A DNA stretch of 64,000 bases from an uncultured Gammaproteobacteria bacterium (GTDB lineage: Bacteria > Pseudomonadota > Gammaproteobacteria > Arenicellales > JAANXG01), in assembly GCA_947259175.1 (NCBI GenBank), contig CAMYKW010000001.1, forward strand, positions 17,897 through 81,896. Reading direction: 5' to 3'. This document shows, in pieces, positions 23,450-34,491 of this stretch. Both the position numbers and the translations under genes were made by a program. Position 1 is the stretch's first letter, and every line of letters begins with the position of its first letter. The notes beneath the pieces were generated by a model. It was not told the origin of the DNA and searched no databases. It worked only from the letters and a program-made list of their open reading frames with translations.

Positions 23450-25195
23450 TTAAGTTCTGAAAACGACATGGTTTCCGAGCACCAACATGTCCATTTTAGT
23501 GCGAAGAAAACAATCGAGTGCCTCTTCCGGTGTGCACACGATAGGCTCGTTTTCATTGAATGAAGTATTTAGCAGAATAGGAATACCCGTCTTCACGGCG
23601 AACAATTCTATCAGCCTGTAAAACCGTGGATTTGTGTGTTTATCTACAGTCTGCAGCCTCCCGGACCCGTCAACGTGAGTTACAGCAGGTATTTGCGCCC
23701 TTTTCTCCGCGCGCACCGGATACACCTTCATCATGAATGGCACGTCATCATCGACTTCGAACCAGTCTTTAACCGCCTCTCGCACGATCGAAGGCGCGAA
23801 CGGCCGGAAAGATTCTCTCCTTTTGATTTTTTTATTGAGCAACTCCTTTATATCCGACCTTCTGGGATCACATAAAATTGAACGGTTGCCCAGTGCCCGT
23901 GGACCCCATTCCATTCGACCCTGAAACCAGCCCACTACCTTGCCCTCCAGAATCGACTCCAACACGCGGTGGCAAAGCCGGTCTTCACACTCAATTATTT
24001 CGAATCCACACCGTTCTGCGGACAACCGATTGTTTCCTTGTTCCAGCAGTTCATTAATATACTCGTCCGAAAATACGGGGCCCCAATAGGCGTGGTCCAT
24101 GACAAACGGAACATCCTTCTCTTTCACTCTATGCCAGACCGCGAAAGCGGCGCCAATTGCGCCACCGGCATCGCCCGCCGCCGATTGTACATAAATGTCT
24201 TGGAATTGGGTCTTCGACTTGATCTTTCCGTTAGCGACGGAGTTCATCGCACAGCCGCCAGCCAGGGCAAGGCGACGAAGTGCATATTTTGATTGAACGC
24301 AATTGAGGAGATTAAAAAACGCTTCCTCATATGCGGCTTGCACCGAGCTCGCTATCGCTTCGTGCCGTCCGCCAATAGCGTCCTTTTCACGTCTTGCAGG
24401 CCCAAGGAGACTCGTCAACTCTTCGCTATACAGGCGAGACACCCGAGGCTCTTGATCCACCCACTGGTATCCTATTTCATGTGTTTGATGTCGGAAATAC
24501 CGCAGGTTAAGCAGGAAAGTTCCATCACCATTGAGGCTAATGAGTTCCCTCATGTGGTCCAGGTAGGTCGGTTTACCATAAGAGGCGAGGCCCATGACCT
24601 TATACTCATCTCCGTAATGCGGGAATCCCAAGTATTGAGTCATGGCCTGATAAAACACCCCCAACGAATGCGGGAACCTTACTCGGCCATCAATATGGAT
24701 ATGTCGTCCATTAGCTATGCCCCAGCAGGTGCTGGTGAAGTCACCAAAACCATCAACGGATACAGTTACCGCCTCATCAAATGGCGATACATAAAAGCTC
24801 GATGCCATGTGCGCCAGGTGGTGTTCGACGCGATGGATCTTGGCTCTTAACTCCTCACCTGGAAACGTGTTCTGCAATCGTTCACGCAGACCCTGCCGGC
24901 GTTGCCGTATTTTTATTTTTTCGACCAACAGCGGCAATCCCGCCACACCGGAGATCACGTAACGCAGCTTCGGCCAGAAACCTGCCAATCCATCGCTATT
25001 GACCGCCACATGAGTCACCGCGCCAAGACCAATTTTTTCCGAAGTCAGGCAGTAACGAATCGCTTCTGCGGGAAACCCGGCCCAATGTTTAAGTCTGCGG
25101 AACCTTTCTTCTTCCGCCGCGGCTACCAGCCTGCCATCTTTAACGAGGCAAGCCGATGAATCTCCGTGAAAGGAATTCACTCCAAGAATGTACAT
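23450..25195 (-). CDS. NodU/CmcH-family O-carbamoyltransferase
   Basis: HGDSSACL, EEERFRR.KH, EHHLAH, DGFGD, EYKVMGLA, AGGCAMN, GPRALGNRS, RESFRPFAP and NTSFN. Confidence 0.93.
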   Translation of the reverse strand: MYILGVNSFHGDSSACLVKDGRLVAAAEEERFRRLKHWAGFPAEAIRYCLTSEKIGLGAVTHVAVNSDGLAGFWPKLRYVISGVAGLPLLVEKIKIRQRRQGLRERLQNTFPGEELRAKIHRVEHHLAHMASSFYVSPFDEAVTVSVDGFGDFTSTCWGIANGRHIHIDGRVRFPHSLGVFYQAMTQYLGFPHYGDEYKVMGLASYGKPTYLDHMRELISLNGDGTFLLNLRYFRHQTHEIGYQWVDQEPRVSRLYSEELTSLLGPARREKDAIGGRHEAIASSVQAAYEEAFFNLLNCVQSKYALRRLALAGGCAMNSVANGKIKSKTQFQDIYVQSAAGDAGGAIGAAFAVWHRVKEKDVPFVMDHAYWGPVFSDEYINELLEQGNNRLSAERCGFEIIECEDRLCHRVLESILEGKVVGWFQGRMEWGPRALGNRSILCDPRRSDIKELLNKKIKRRESFRPFAPSIVREAVKDWFEVDDDVPFMMKVYPVRAEKRAQIPAVTHVDGSGRLQTVDKHTNPRFYRLIELFAVKTGIPILLNTSFNENEPIVCTPEEALDCFLRTKMDMLVLGNHVVFRT

Positions 25196-25269
25196 ATTCG
25201 AGCCGTGTGCCAGCAATCATGGATCGGGGTGTTTTTCAACTTTCGACTTGCCTCCAATGATCGAAACAA

Positions 25270-26124
25270 CTATTTTCCTTTTTCTATATCGAACTTTTTT
25301 ATGGTAATCATGCGTTGATACATAGACCGCATAAGGCAAAACATCAGTCCCTCTTTACCATCCAGAAAACCTCTACGCCATATATAACTGTATACAAAGT
25401 ACCAAAACGCGCGTCCTGGAATGGCCCACGATAAACGTTTCATAGCCGACCTTTGAACAACCGGATCTCTTGAAAATATTTCCATAGCGCGAAAAGGTTG
25501 TCGTTGTTGATCAATCTCGTATTCCGCTTCTTTCCGGGAATACTGGTTTTGTCTTTCAAACCAAGCATCGATACCTTTGTGACTTTCATCAATGATGTCG
25601 TTGGCCAGAACGCCTATTTCCCCATCCACGATTTGTGTTTCCGCATGACCTCGATTGACGTAACGAACTTTTTCATCGCGAATCAAGCGAATCACCCAAG
25701 TTGGATAAAGGCTGCTGTGTTTTAACCACTTCCCCCAAAGATAAAACCTCCTTCTTATGCGATAGGCGCATACTTTCTCGTCGTCCTCGGCGATTCTCTC
25801 TTGTATCTCTTGCGCCAACTCACGGGGTACTCGTTCGTCGGCGTCGAGGATCAGAATCCAGGAATACTTCTTGTCTACGTTCTCAATCGCCCAATTTCGT
25901 TGACTACCAAATCCATCAAATTGACGTTGATAAACACGTATGTTTCTCTCGTTACAGATTTCCAGCGTACGGTCCGTGCTGTACGAGTCGATCACGATCA
26001 CGTCATCGGTCCACCACAGGCCGTCCAGGCACAAGGGAAGATTGCGCTCCTCGTTCAGGGTGAACACGAAAACCGAAACGTTATGCTTTTGTGACACGTT
26101 ATACAGGCCGGGAGTTGACCACAA
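25270..26124 (-). CDS. GT2 glycosyltransferase (WaaE/KdtX-like)
   Basis: TLNEERNL, DSYSTDRT, FGSQRNWA, LDADE and GFLDG. The start may be GTG 26097. Confidence 0.88.
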   Translation of the reverse strand: MWSTPGLYNVSQKHNVSVFVFTLNEERNLPLCLDGLWWTDDVIVIDSYSTDRTLEICNERNIRVYQRQFDGFGSQRNWAIENVDKKYSWILILDADERVPRELAQEIQERIAEDDEKVCAYRIRRRFYLWGKWLKHSSLYPTWVIRLIRDEKVRYVNRGHAETQIVDGEIGVLANDIIDESHKGIDAWFERQNQYSRKEAEYEIDQQRQPFRAMEIFSRDPVVQRSAMKRLSWAIPGRAFWYFVYSYIWRRGFLDGKEGLMFCLMRSMYQRMITIKKFDIEKGK

Positions 26125-26340
26125 ACTCGACTATATCTACATGATATTTATGGGAATATTATGATATCTATTGTTGTTGACGGTGATGCGGCACGGCGGC
26201 GGTATGGCGACTCGGAGATACAGCACTCTGCCGTCTGTGGGCAAACCGGCCCGAGGCGGTCTTCGTTGCGGGCCATCACGCCGTCCGCAACACTATTCAT
26301 TCAACGGCTGATATTCTCGTCCAACAGCAAACACCGTGCG

Positions 26341-27519
26341 TCAGTCACTCACAGCATCCATAGCCTGCAACAAACCCTGAGTCGCTATCGGAATTGTATA
26401 GTTCTGAATATGTTGTTGCGCGTTTCTACCCATCCGTTTCAAGATTTCGGGCTCGCGCGCCGTTCGTATCATTATTTGCGCCATGTCCTGTACGTCTCCA
26501 TACTCAAATGTCAAGCCAGTGTGATCTGGTATCACTAAATCCGGTCCGCATCCGACTCGGTCGCTGACTATTGCCGGTAATCCACTCGCCATAGCCTCGT
26601 TCACGACCAATCCCCATGTTTCACCATGATCAGAAGGCAGCACCAAACAATCTGCTGCGATGTATGCATTGCTAATCTCGGTTTGATTCAAGAATCCTGA
26701 AAAGGAAACCGGGATAGAACTTCTCTCGATTAAGTCACGTATCTGTCCTGATTCTTCACCTGATCCGACAATAAGTAAGTGCACTGATTTAGTTTTTCTT
26801 CTAGCTATATCGATCGCTTTGATAAGATCGGTCAATCTCTTTTTTCTTTCGAATTTTCCGGCAAACAAAAAACACACCTTATCGTCTTCGATTCGCCATC
26901 GCCTTCTTATTTCGCCTCGTCTATATCGTGTGTTTTCCGCCTGCTTGGCAAATCTTTCGTTATCAACAAAGTAGGGGCACCAAAATATCCGTTCAGCATC
27001 TACGCCGTTGTCAATATAAAATTTTTCGTTTTCCTTGCCGATAGCCAAAAACCCGTCATATCTTCTTAGCAACATTCGATGTAAGCCGCGTTTCCAACGA
27101 GAGCGCGGATGTATGGAATTAGATTCACCTCGCACCAAAACTTTTATACCGAGTCTTCGACATAAAAAAAGCGCCTGTAATAATCCAAGCGCTTGCCAAC
27201 CGGTTATAAGACAAATGTCGATTCTGTCAGCTCTCAACTGATCACTGAATTGATATATCCACTTACCAAACAGTCCGAGGGAATCATTATTTACCCGTGA
27301 TTTCATTACCGTCCAATCGTAACCATCGAGTAGCGGTATGTCCCATTGAAACGCATGACCAAATCCTTTTCCCTGCTGTCGGTCGTCGGGCATAAAAATG
27401 TAATATACCTTCACGCATATCTTGCTATTCGTGGATAGGTATCGAAACCACGGGGCGTGATATTGAATAGGATGGGTTGCAACTATCCCCAGATTTTTCC
27501 GTTTCTTAGCCACAATCAC
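26341..27519 (-). CDS. GT4 glycosyltransferase
   Basis: THPIQYHAPWF, FAGKFERKK and ETWGLVVNEAMASGLP. Confidence 0.9.
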   Translation of the reverse strand: MIVAKKRKNLGIVATHPIQYHAPWFRYLSTNSKICVKVYYIFMPDDRQQGKGFGHAFQWDIPLLDGYDWTVMKSRVNNDSLGLFGKWIYQFSDQLRADRIDICLITGWQALGLLQALFLCRRLGIKVLVRGESNSIHPRSRWKRGLHRMLLRRYDGFLAIGKENEKFYIDNGVDAERIFWCPYFVDNERFAKQAENTRYRRGEIRRRWRIEDDKVCFLFAGKFERKKRLTDLIKAIDIARRKTKSVHLLIVGSGEESGQIRDLIERSSIPVSFSGFLNQTEISNAYIAADCLVLPSDHGETWGLVVNEAMASGLPAIVSDRVGCGPDLVIPDHTGLTFEYGDVQDMAQIMIRTAREPEILKRMGRNAQQHIQNYTIPIATQGLLQAMDAVSD

Positions 27520-28934
27520 TGGACTGGATAAAGATTCTTCTTGTTGTCACTTTTGACTTCCGAATACCCACCTTCGCAACTGAACACTCTTGGCAACGCC
27601 AACACAAATCCTACCATTATGCCCAACAGCAACAGTATGTATAAGTCGCCGTAAACTTGTGACGCGATTATGAAGGTCAAAACGTTTGCGCCGAGAAACG
27701 CGGTAATAGCTACGCCTATGTGCGCGGCGGTTCTGTCTATGTGGCCGCAGTAGCGCAATATCGCGAATATCAGTTTAGACAATCTCCACGTCAACCAAAA
27801 CATGATCAATACACCCGGTACACCTAATTCCACAATGAGCTTGCCCAAGCCTCCTTCGGTTGATCCTCCTACTCTTGCAGTAACGGATTTGTCGGTAAAA
27901 AATCGCGCCCCTTGACTTCCAAGGCCCATGCCTGCGCCCATCCAACCGGTGCGCCGCAACGCGCTTTGGGCGCTTCCCAACCCAAGCAGCGAAAAGCGTT
28001 CCGGCGCATCTTCAAACACCGTCGCACCCCGTTGTAAATACAAATCCAACTGCCCTTCATATTTATCTGGAAATATCTGTTGTAGTCCCAGCCATAAACT
28101 CAGTCCCAGTGCCAACATCGTGGTTCCGACAAATATTCTTCTGCCACTCGTTTGCGTGAATACGACAAGAGAAAAATACAGTGAAAAAAATACGACAATC
28201 TCGAGGAGCATCTTACGACGACCGGTTAGGAATATCGCCCCGACGAAAACCACAAGTAGCGCGGCAAACCATAGTCTGTGCGCAGGCCTGTTTGTGAAGA
28301 TACTGATCGTCCACAACATGCAGACACTTGCGGCCAAGTGCCATGCCGTAATCTCCGGACTCCGTAGAAATCCCGAATGTGCTGTCAAAACTACACCCAG
28401 GTCATAAATAACAAGCCCTTTCCCGACTTGCTGTAAAATTTTCCAATCGACTCCAAAAAACGAGATATACACGCTTGCAGCGACAATGATGTTGAAGCCG
28501 ATATACACAGCGAGCAATCGCTTTATGTCATCAATACCGTTCACATAAAAATACGCAAGCGGAAAAGCCAATAACGGGGCGAGATACCCATTCACTCCCG
28601 CGATCGCCAGTACCACTTCATCGTAGCGCAATATCGTAGCCAGAGTTTGTATCAATAGTACCAGTAGAAATAAAATCAACGGGAGAAACAGAAGTCTGTT
28701 GAGACCAGACAACGGAACGAAATAACGCGCACCATTCCGCAAAATCGCACCTACCATCCCCGCCGCAAAAAATACACCGACCAGCACCACAAAAAACACC
28801 GGTTCATCCGGGACAAGTTTTCTAATTGGATCCTGAATGAACCCTACCGTGATGACGACAAACAACGTCATACGGGTACTGTTGAAGCACAAAATCATCA
28901 AAACCAGTGTAACGATAATAAACGCGGCCAACAT
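27516..28934 (-). CDS. Wzy/O-antigen-ligase-like polytopic membrane protein (putative polymerase)
   Basis: Many TM helices; QDPIRK, FLTGRRK, GAGMG and EGGLGKLIVELGVPG. Embedded among glycosyltransferases. Confidence 0.65.
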   Translation of the reverse strand: MLAAFIIVTLVLMILCFNSTRMTLFVVITVGFIQDPIRKLVPDEPVFFVVLVGVFFAAGMVGAILRNGARYFVPLSGLNRLLFLPLILFLLVLLIQTLATILRYDEVVLAIAGVNGYLAPLLAFPLAYFYVNGIDDIKRLLAVYIGFNIIVAASVYISFFGVDWKILQQVGKGLVIYDLGVVLTAHSGFLRSPEITAWHLAASVCMLWTISIFTNRPAHRLWFAALLVVFVGAIFLTGRRKMLLEIVVFFSLYFSLVVFTQTSGRRIFVGTTMLALGLSLWLGLQQIFPDKYEGQLDLYLQRGATVFEDAPERFSLLGLGSAQSALRRTGWMGAGMGLGSQGARFFTDKSVTARVGGSTEGGLGKLIVELGVPGVLIMFWLTWRLSKLIFAILRYCGHIDRTAAHIGVAITAFLGANVLTFIIASQVYGDLYILLLLGIMVGFVLALPRVFSCEGGYSEVKSDNKKNLYPVQ

Positions 28935-28942
28935 AATATGGG

Positions 28943-29839
28943 TTACCGATTAAGGTATTGTGGACCTTTCATATATAGCCGCAACGCCCAGATAAAACCC
29001 GAGATTTCGCTGACAAAAGTAACCGGAATCCACCATGGTCTGCGAAGATGATGTTTGGTCATGCTGGCCCCTAGCAAGCGTTTGCAGACATTCCAGATTC
29101 GATATTTTACTCCGGGGGACCGCATGAAAAAGTAGTAAGCGCCGACAGAATGATTCGGTTTCAAGGTCGTCAAGTGATTTCCGAATGTTCGCGTGCCGCC
29201 CTGCTCCAGTTTCATGTGAGTTATACTCGCTGCCGGATAATAATAAATCCCGCCGCCCCGACTGGTCACTCTATGCGCGAAATCGTCCTCGAACCGGTAG
29301 GCGACGCGAACGAAATTTTCATCAAAACCGCCAACATCGATGGCCTGTTCTCGATTTACCGACATATTGCCTGCCATAGCACAATTGATGTAACGCGGCG
29401 TATCCGACGTAAAATCGAACTTACCGCTTTTCCAGCCGTAATTAGACTGTTCGTGCCACGGCTGCATTATCCTACCAACGACTACCATCGCGTTGCTTTC
29501 AACATGCCCCGCAAGGTGCTCCCTGGCCACCTCGCTCGTAATGTCTATGTCATCGTCCAAGTACAACACGATGTCACATCGCGAGCGTATTAAAGCGACA
29601 TTCATCGCCGCTGGGATGGATGGGTTGGGCAACCGACACCATACGATATCACCTTTTCTATGCATACCGCTCAATTTCGTTGCCGTTTTCTCCGGGTGAT
29701 TCTCCGTTTGGTCCATCACCAGGATCTGTTGCGGAGGATATTCAAGCGTGAGCACCTGCGTGATGGTTTTAACGATCGTTTCGCTACGTCGATACGTTGG
29801 AATCGCTACTGACAACGTCAATTCTCCACCGGAAGGCAT
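28943..29839 (-). CDS. GT2 glycosyltransferase
   Basis: SVAIPTYRR, YLDDD, GNMSV and GGFDENF. Confidence 0.88.
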   Translation of the reverse strand: MPSGGELTLSVAIPTYRRSETIVKTITQVLTLEYPPQQILVMDQTENHPEKTATKLSGMHRKGDIVWCRLPNPSIPAAMNVALIRSRCDIVLYLDDDIDITSEVAREHLAGHVESNAMVVVGRIMQPWHEQSNYGWKSGKFDFTSDTPRYINCAMAGNMSVNREQAIDVGGFDENFVRVAYRFEDDFAHRVTSRGGGIYYYPAASITHMKLEQGGTRTFGNHLTTLKPNHSVGAYYFFMRSPGVKYRIWNVCKRLLGASMTKHHLRRPWWIPVTFVSEISGFIWALRLYMKGPQYLNR

Positions 29840-29978
29840 GAGACTCGTTATGCTGAACGAAAAAAGATCACTTGCATGAGGAAATACTTGAGACCGCTTG
29901 ATACTTTCGGGAAATTTTCGACGCTAAGGGACGATGAGTGTTGTTTGTTGTTTTTCGCATCAAACATGCATAACCTTC

Positions 29979-30941
29979 TTAACGTAGAAATGTAGACAAA
30001 TAGCGAACCCAGGACCGTAAATGGAGTGGATATTTTTTCAACGCGCGGCGAAAATAATGGCGCGCGCGATGACTGTCTCGCGAGTTTATGCAGGCGCCAA
30101 TATAATATAAGCCTTTCGCCTCCTTCTTATTCTCGTAGAAAGGTTTAAATCGGCCCGAGTCCGATTTTCCATATTTTTGACCGCCTACCCAGTTTAAGAC
30201 CTCTAAATCATCCCCACCCATACGCCTGCGACGCGCCGCCTCGAGAATCATTTTGGTGGTTTCCATCTGATTGTTTCGATATAAGCTGCTAATGTCCTTA
30301 GGTCGGATCCTTGACTCGTAGCGAATTGTTTCATCCGCTATGGTTCTTCCGATTTCGTAAAGCCGCAACCACAAATCCAGATCTTGGGCAACATAAAATA
30401 CTTGACGATATCCGCCTACCTCATCGTACGCCGATCTACGCATCATTGCGCTGCAATGACTCGGAGGACCCTTGACTGTCTTGCTGTCGAGACTTTCCAG
30501 TCCGCGGTTGAGCTGCTCCTGAGACACCACTGAATCGTACAGATACTCTCCTTCCGGGCCGACGAAGCGCGTACCACTGCCGACCATCACGGCATCCTCA
30601 TTACGTTCCAACATTAGATATTGGGCGTGCAACCTTCCTGGAAGAGATATGTCTCCACCCGCGTCCTGCCTGGCGATGTATTTGCCATTGGCCCGCTTAC
30701 AACCCTGAATTAACGCGCATGTCAATCCCTTATGCGATTGTTCTACAATCCTTATGCGATCATCCGCGTATTGATATTGTGCGACTATTCGGCTTGTATT
30801 ATCGCTCGATCCATCGTTTACAATTATAAATTCAAAATCGACATTCGATTGAGAAAGTATGCTTTCGATAGACTGCCCCACAAATTCTTCATCATCCTTC
30901 ACACCCATGACGACAGATATTTGCGGAGTCTTTTTTGGCAT
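29979..30941 (-). CDS. GT2 glycosyltransferase
   Basis: ISVVMGV, NDGSSD, GKYIARQDAG and AQDLDLWLR. The ORF extends to 31031; the likely start is 30941. Confidence 0.86.
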   Translation of the reverse strand: MPKKTPQISVVMGVKDDEEFVGQSIESILSQSNVDFEFIIVNDGSSDNTSRIVAQYQYADDRIRIVEQSHKGLTCALIQGCKRANGKYIARQDAGGDISLPGRLHAQYLMLERNEDAVMVGSGTRFVGPEGEYLYDSVVSQEQLNRGLESLDSKTVKGPPSHCSAMMRRSAYDEVGGYRQVFYVAQDLDLWLRLYEIGRTIADETIRYESRIRPKDISSLYRNNQMETTKMILEAARRRRMGGDDLEVLNWVGGQKYGKSDSGRFKPFYENKKEAKGLYYIGACINSRDSHRARHYFRRALKKYPLHLRSWVRYLSTFLR

Positions 30942-30967
30942 TGCGTCAGTGGGACGGATTGTTGATC

Positions 30968-31945
30968 CTATCGGCTTATTATTGATCGAAACTGATCCAG
31001 TTTTTCGCTGACAATACCCATGCGGTTCCAACCAACCAGGTCCGCCAGAAATCTATATATACGAAACTCCGCCAAACGCCCCTGGTCTTCCGACGCTTCC
31101 CACGCCAGATTGAACAAAATCTTCGCCTCCGCAGTCAAACCGACGCCCGCACACTGGCGCGACACAAAGAACAATTCCCTTGCAAAGTGTCGCATTTCCG
31201 GCGTTTCCCTACCTATTCCCGCTCGAACGGCATGTTGATAAATTCGCTGGTGGGCCAATGCACGATCTTCCATTACCTTTGGAGAACTGGTGAAATCCTT
31301 GCACAAGCGATGGTCATCATGATCGCGTGTATCGGAGACAAACTCATCGCAGTAGTGCAAACGGACATCCATACTTGCAATACGGCAATCGTACTCCCAA
31401 TCTTCCTCGTTATTTAGTGGCAACCATGGTCCTGCTCGATCACATATATTTCTCGTAAACAATGGTGTCGACGTAGACCACCATCTGGACTGTAGAAACG
31501 CCGGAAACATTTTGTCAATTCGCTCTCCGGTTCGTTTGTGCGCGACGTTTGTTGGTTGTTCCCCAACACGATAATAGCGGGTTTTTCCGTACGATACTGT
31601 GCACTCCGGATTGGATTTGAGTCCGGCGACTTGGCCTGCAAACTTATTCGGCAAAAGCAGGTCATCGCTGTCAAGATACTGAATGTACTCCCCCTTGGCT
31701 GTTTGTCGACCCAGCTCTCTTGACACACCCGGCCCGGCGCGTTCCTGACGCAGATAAGTTATCGTATCGCGATGTGTCGCTGCCAGGTTCTTTGCCACTG
31801 CCGTAGTCTCATCCGTCGACCCATCGTCGACAATGATAATTTCGATAGGGCGATAGGTTTGAGACAGTACGCTATTAACCGCCTCGATCAGCAACTCGGC
31901 GCGATTCCAAACGGGAATGATGGTAGTGACGATACTTGTGGTCAT
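30968..31945 (-). CDS. GT2 glycosyltransferase
   Basis: IIPVWNR, VDDGSTD, YLDSDD and EDWEY. Confidence 0.88.
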   Translation of the reverse strand: MTTSIVTTIIPVWNRAELLIEAVNSVLSQTYRPIEIIIVDDGSTDETTAVAKNLAATHRDTITYLRQERAGPGVSRELGRQTAKGEYIQYLDSDDLLLPNKFAGQVAGLKSNPECTVSYGKTRYYRVGEQPTNVAHKRTGERIDKMFPAFLQSRWWSTSTPLFTRNICDRAGPWLPLNNEEDWEYDCRIASMDVRLHYCDEFVSDTRDHDDHRLCKDFTSSPKVMEDRALAHQRIYQHAVRAGIGRETPEMRHFARELFFVSRQCAGVGLTAEAKILFNLAWEASEDQGRLAEFRIYRFLADLVGWNRMGIVSEKLDQFRSIISR

Positions 31946-32035
31946 CTGTGGCCAAGTCCCGAAGTTAAAGAATCCTCGACTTGATGGCGGCTAACATGGC
32001 TGAAACACGGGAGGCAGGAATTGGTTTAAAGCCAG

Positions 32036-32959
32036 TTACGCCTTGTTGCGTTTAGGCCGATTTCCCAGATAATTTCGTATGCCTACTTCACGACCGGCGT
32101 TAATCAGGCACTGCCGAAATCTGTCCCCCCTTCCCCGGGCGAATTGCGCGACACCTCTGATAATTGACCTCATCGCGCGCATATAGCTTCCGTTGGTGCT
32201 CGCACATCCACCGATTGCCTCACTGGCCCCCTTTTGCTTTCCATGTCGATACGCATGAATCAACTTCAATTTTTCTCTTTGCAACCTGTGATAACACGCT
32301 GCCTCGCCAACGTAAACACCCCCCGCACCCAGGGCCCTGGCTCGCATGAGATAGTCTGTTTCCTCACCTCGACCCGGTACCGAGCCCTTCACACCAAGCC
32401 CCACATGAAAGTAGCCTACGCTCTCGAACAACGTTCTTTTAACCGCAAAGTTTCCTCCAAACGGCAACGGATCCGCTGCATCATACGCCCGCGTCGACTC
32501 ACCCAAGTCATAATTACCGAACAACCCGGTCAACAATGGGAGGGCATCGTCTTTCAACCACCGCGGCCTAGCATTATTCCAAATGGGTACTATCTTACCG
32601 CCAAAATATTCCGCCTCTGGAAAACGCTCGGACGCGCGCAAATAAGCATTCAGCCAATCCTGCGACACGTCCATATCATCGTCGGTAAAAACCAGGAAAT
32701 TACTCGAACATTCAGCGATACCCCTGTTTCTCGCCGACGATAGTCCTTGAATCGGTTCGAAATAGTACTTCAACGGAAGTGCTGAACTTGTTTCGCTACA
32801 GATCTTCTTCGTGTGGTCGCTTGAATTGTTGTCAATTACAAGAATTTCCCAGTTGACAGATTTGGGGGCCGACATCTCTGTCAACGACCGGAGTGTCTGC
32901 GCTAGACTTTCAGCACGACTATATGTGCATATGCAAATAGATATGTCTGGACGCGCCAT
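32036..32959 (-). CDS. GT2 glycosyltransferase
   Basis: ICICTYSR, IDNNSSD, GLSSARN, FTDDD and GEET. Confidence 0.88.
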   Translation of the reverse strand: MARPDISICICTYSRAESLAQTLRSLTEMSAPKSVNWEILVIDNNSSDHTKKICSETSSALPLKYYFEPIQGLSSARNRGIAECSSNFLVFTDDDMDVSQDWLNAYLRASERFPEAEYFGGKIVPIWNNARPRWLKDDALPLLTGLFGNYDLGESTRAYDAADPLPFGGNFAVKRTLFESVGYFHVGLGVKGSVPGRGEETDYLMRARALGAGGVYVGEAACYHRLQREKLKLIHAYRHGKQKGASEAIGGCASTNGSYMRAMRSIIRGVAQFARGRGDRFRQCLINAGREVGIRNYLGNRPKRNKA

Positions 32960-33019
32960 AAGTTAATAACAATCGGTCAAACGAAAGATTCGGCAGAATG
33001 TTTCCTGCAAAAAGGCGCG

Positions 33020-34339
33020 CTAATTGCGCATCCCATCCAGCGTCTTCGCTAATGTCCAAAATGAAACATCATTCTGATCGCGGACGCCATAGGAGTGCGG
33101 CCACTCTGATCCCGGCGACTGATGGACATAGCGCTTCCCGATATTCGCACGAATCGTTTCACCAAATTCAGTCCCGAACAGCAGATCCAACCGCCCGCTT
33201 GGCGGAATAGTAGGCCAGACGGTTTTCATGTCATGATCGACGGACGACGCCAGGATTTCGCTGAAGCAACGCTCCCAGGCATCCACCGATGAGTTCCTGT
33301 TGTATTTTCCCGCTACTAGATGATACCCGCCGGTTATCAGCTTCGCCGCCAGTTCATTGTCGATAATTTGCTTGATGCAGGCAGCGGCCTCACGGGAATC
33401 CCCAGGCGGGAACATCAGACAATTAACGCCATCGATCAGAGAATTCTCTAACCCCGAACCGATATATCGACTGGTTACAACGGGCACCCCTGATGCCATC
33501 GCCTCCCAGATCACGATGGGTCCGGTTTCCCATGAAGATGTCACTATCAACGCATCCGTTCTGGCATACACCGTACGTTTCATTTCGTGCAATTCAATAG
33601 CGCCCAGGAATTCAACGGTCTTATTTTCGATCCTGCCGGCTAACTCTCGCTTCATCCATTGTTCTTCCGGTCCCGATCCGGCGATAAGTAGTTTGAAGTC
33701 GACGCCGGCTATCTCCAAGTTTTTCAATATGGCCGGTAAGTCATGGACCAATTTTTGATTTCTTTCCAAACGACCCACGTACGCGATGCAAAAAGGCTCG
33801 CGATATGGGTTTTGGGCAGGAATATCCACATCAAATGCCACTCCATACGGCGCATAGAATATTCGCGATTCATCGATTCCGGCATCGATATTCACTAGCG
33901 CACACGCCAATCTATTGGTACACACTATTGCGTCCAAAACTCCGGTATTCTCTTTCACATCATCGTAAAAGTCCGGCTGTATAGCATGTAACGTCATCGC
34001 AATTTTCGGAAAGCGCTTCTTTCCGCGAAATTTTGCCGCGGCTAAGTAGCAATCGGGTATGTTCACACCGACGACCAGTTTTGGATCCACCTCTTTGACC
34101 GTATCCAGCAGCGCCCGCACCCTGCCCTGCCTCGTTCCCGTTTGGTAGGTTATTGTTGTCGTGTTCAATCGGCGGTGCTTTCTTGTGTACTCCTCAATAT
34201 CGTGCCATTCACCTCCGGCCAGACCCACGACTATCTCCCAACCTCGCCGCTCCAATCCTTCGCTTAGGTAATCCAACCATGTGGCAACCCCGCCGAGGGG
34301 ATAAGCGCTCGGAGATATGAACAAGATCCGGTTTTTCAT
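33020..34339 (-). CDS. GT4 glycosyltransferase (paralog of 34492-35841)
   Basis: GGVATW, YVGRL and WETGPIVIWEAMASGVPVV. Confidence 0.87.
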   Translation of the reverse strand: MKNRILFISPSAYPLGGVATWLDYLSEGLERRGWEIVVGLAGGEWHDIEEYTRKHRRLNTTTITYQTGTRQGRVRALLDTVKEVDPKLVVGVNIPDCYLAAAKFRGKKRFPKIAMTLHAIQPDFYDDVKENTGVLDAIVCTNRLACALVNIDAGIDESRIFYAPYGVAFDVDIPAQNPYREPFCIAYVGRLERNQKLVHDLPAILKNLEIAGVDFKLLIAGSGPEEQWMKRELAGRIENKTVEFLGAIELHEMKRTVYARTDALIVTSSWETGPIVIWEAMASGVPVVTSRYIGSGLENSLIDGVNCLMFPPGDSREAAACIKQIIDNELAAKLITGGYHLVAGKYNRNSSVDAWERCFSEILASSVDHDMKTVWPTIPPSGRLDLLFGTEFGETIRANIGKRYVHQSPGSEWPHSYGVRDQNDVSFWTLAKTLDGMRN

Positions 34340-34491
34340 TCGATACCGAACGATTAATACAATGAAGTCGTTTTATCGCGGAACAAAACGCCGTGCGCGA
34401 GCACGGGGACATTCAATTTTCTGCAAAAAGCAAGACAAGCCCAAAGACTCCGCATTCCAGGTCAACCAAAACAATCGAGCATCTATCATAG

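Noticed and set aside
23262..25195. Saxitoxin biosynthesis, suggested by the sxtI/sxtK-like pair
   Set aside because: No sxtA, sxtG or other core genes are present, and the context is purely polysaccharide.
26131..26170. Roughly 10-nt periodic ATGATAT(T/C)TA repeats upstream of the GT2 gene
   Set aside because: There are only two good copies in AT-rich DNA, too weak to call a binding site.
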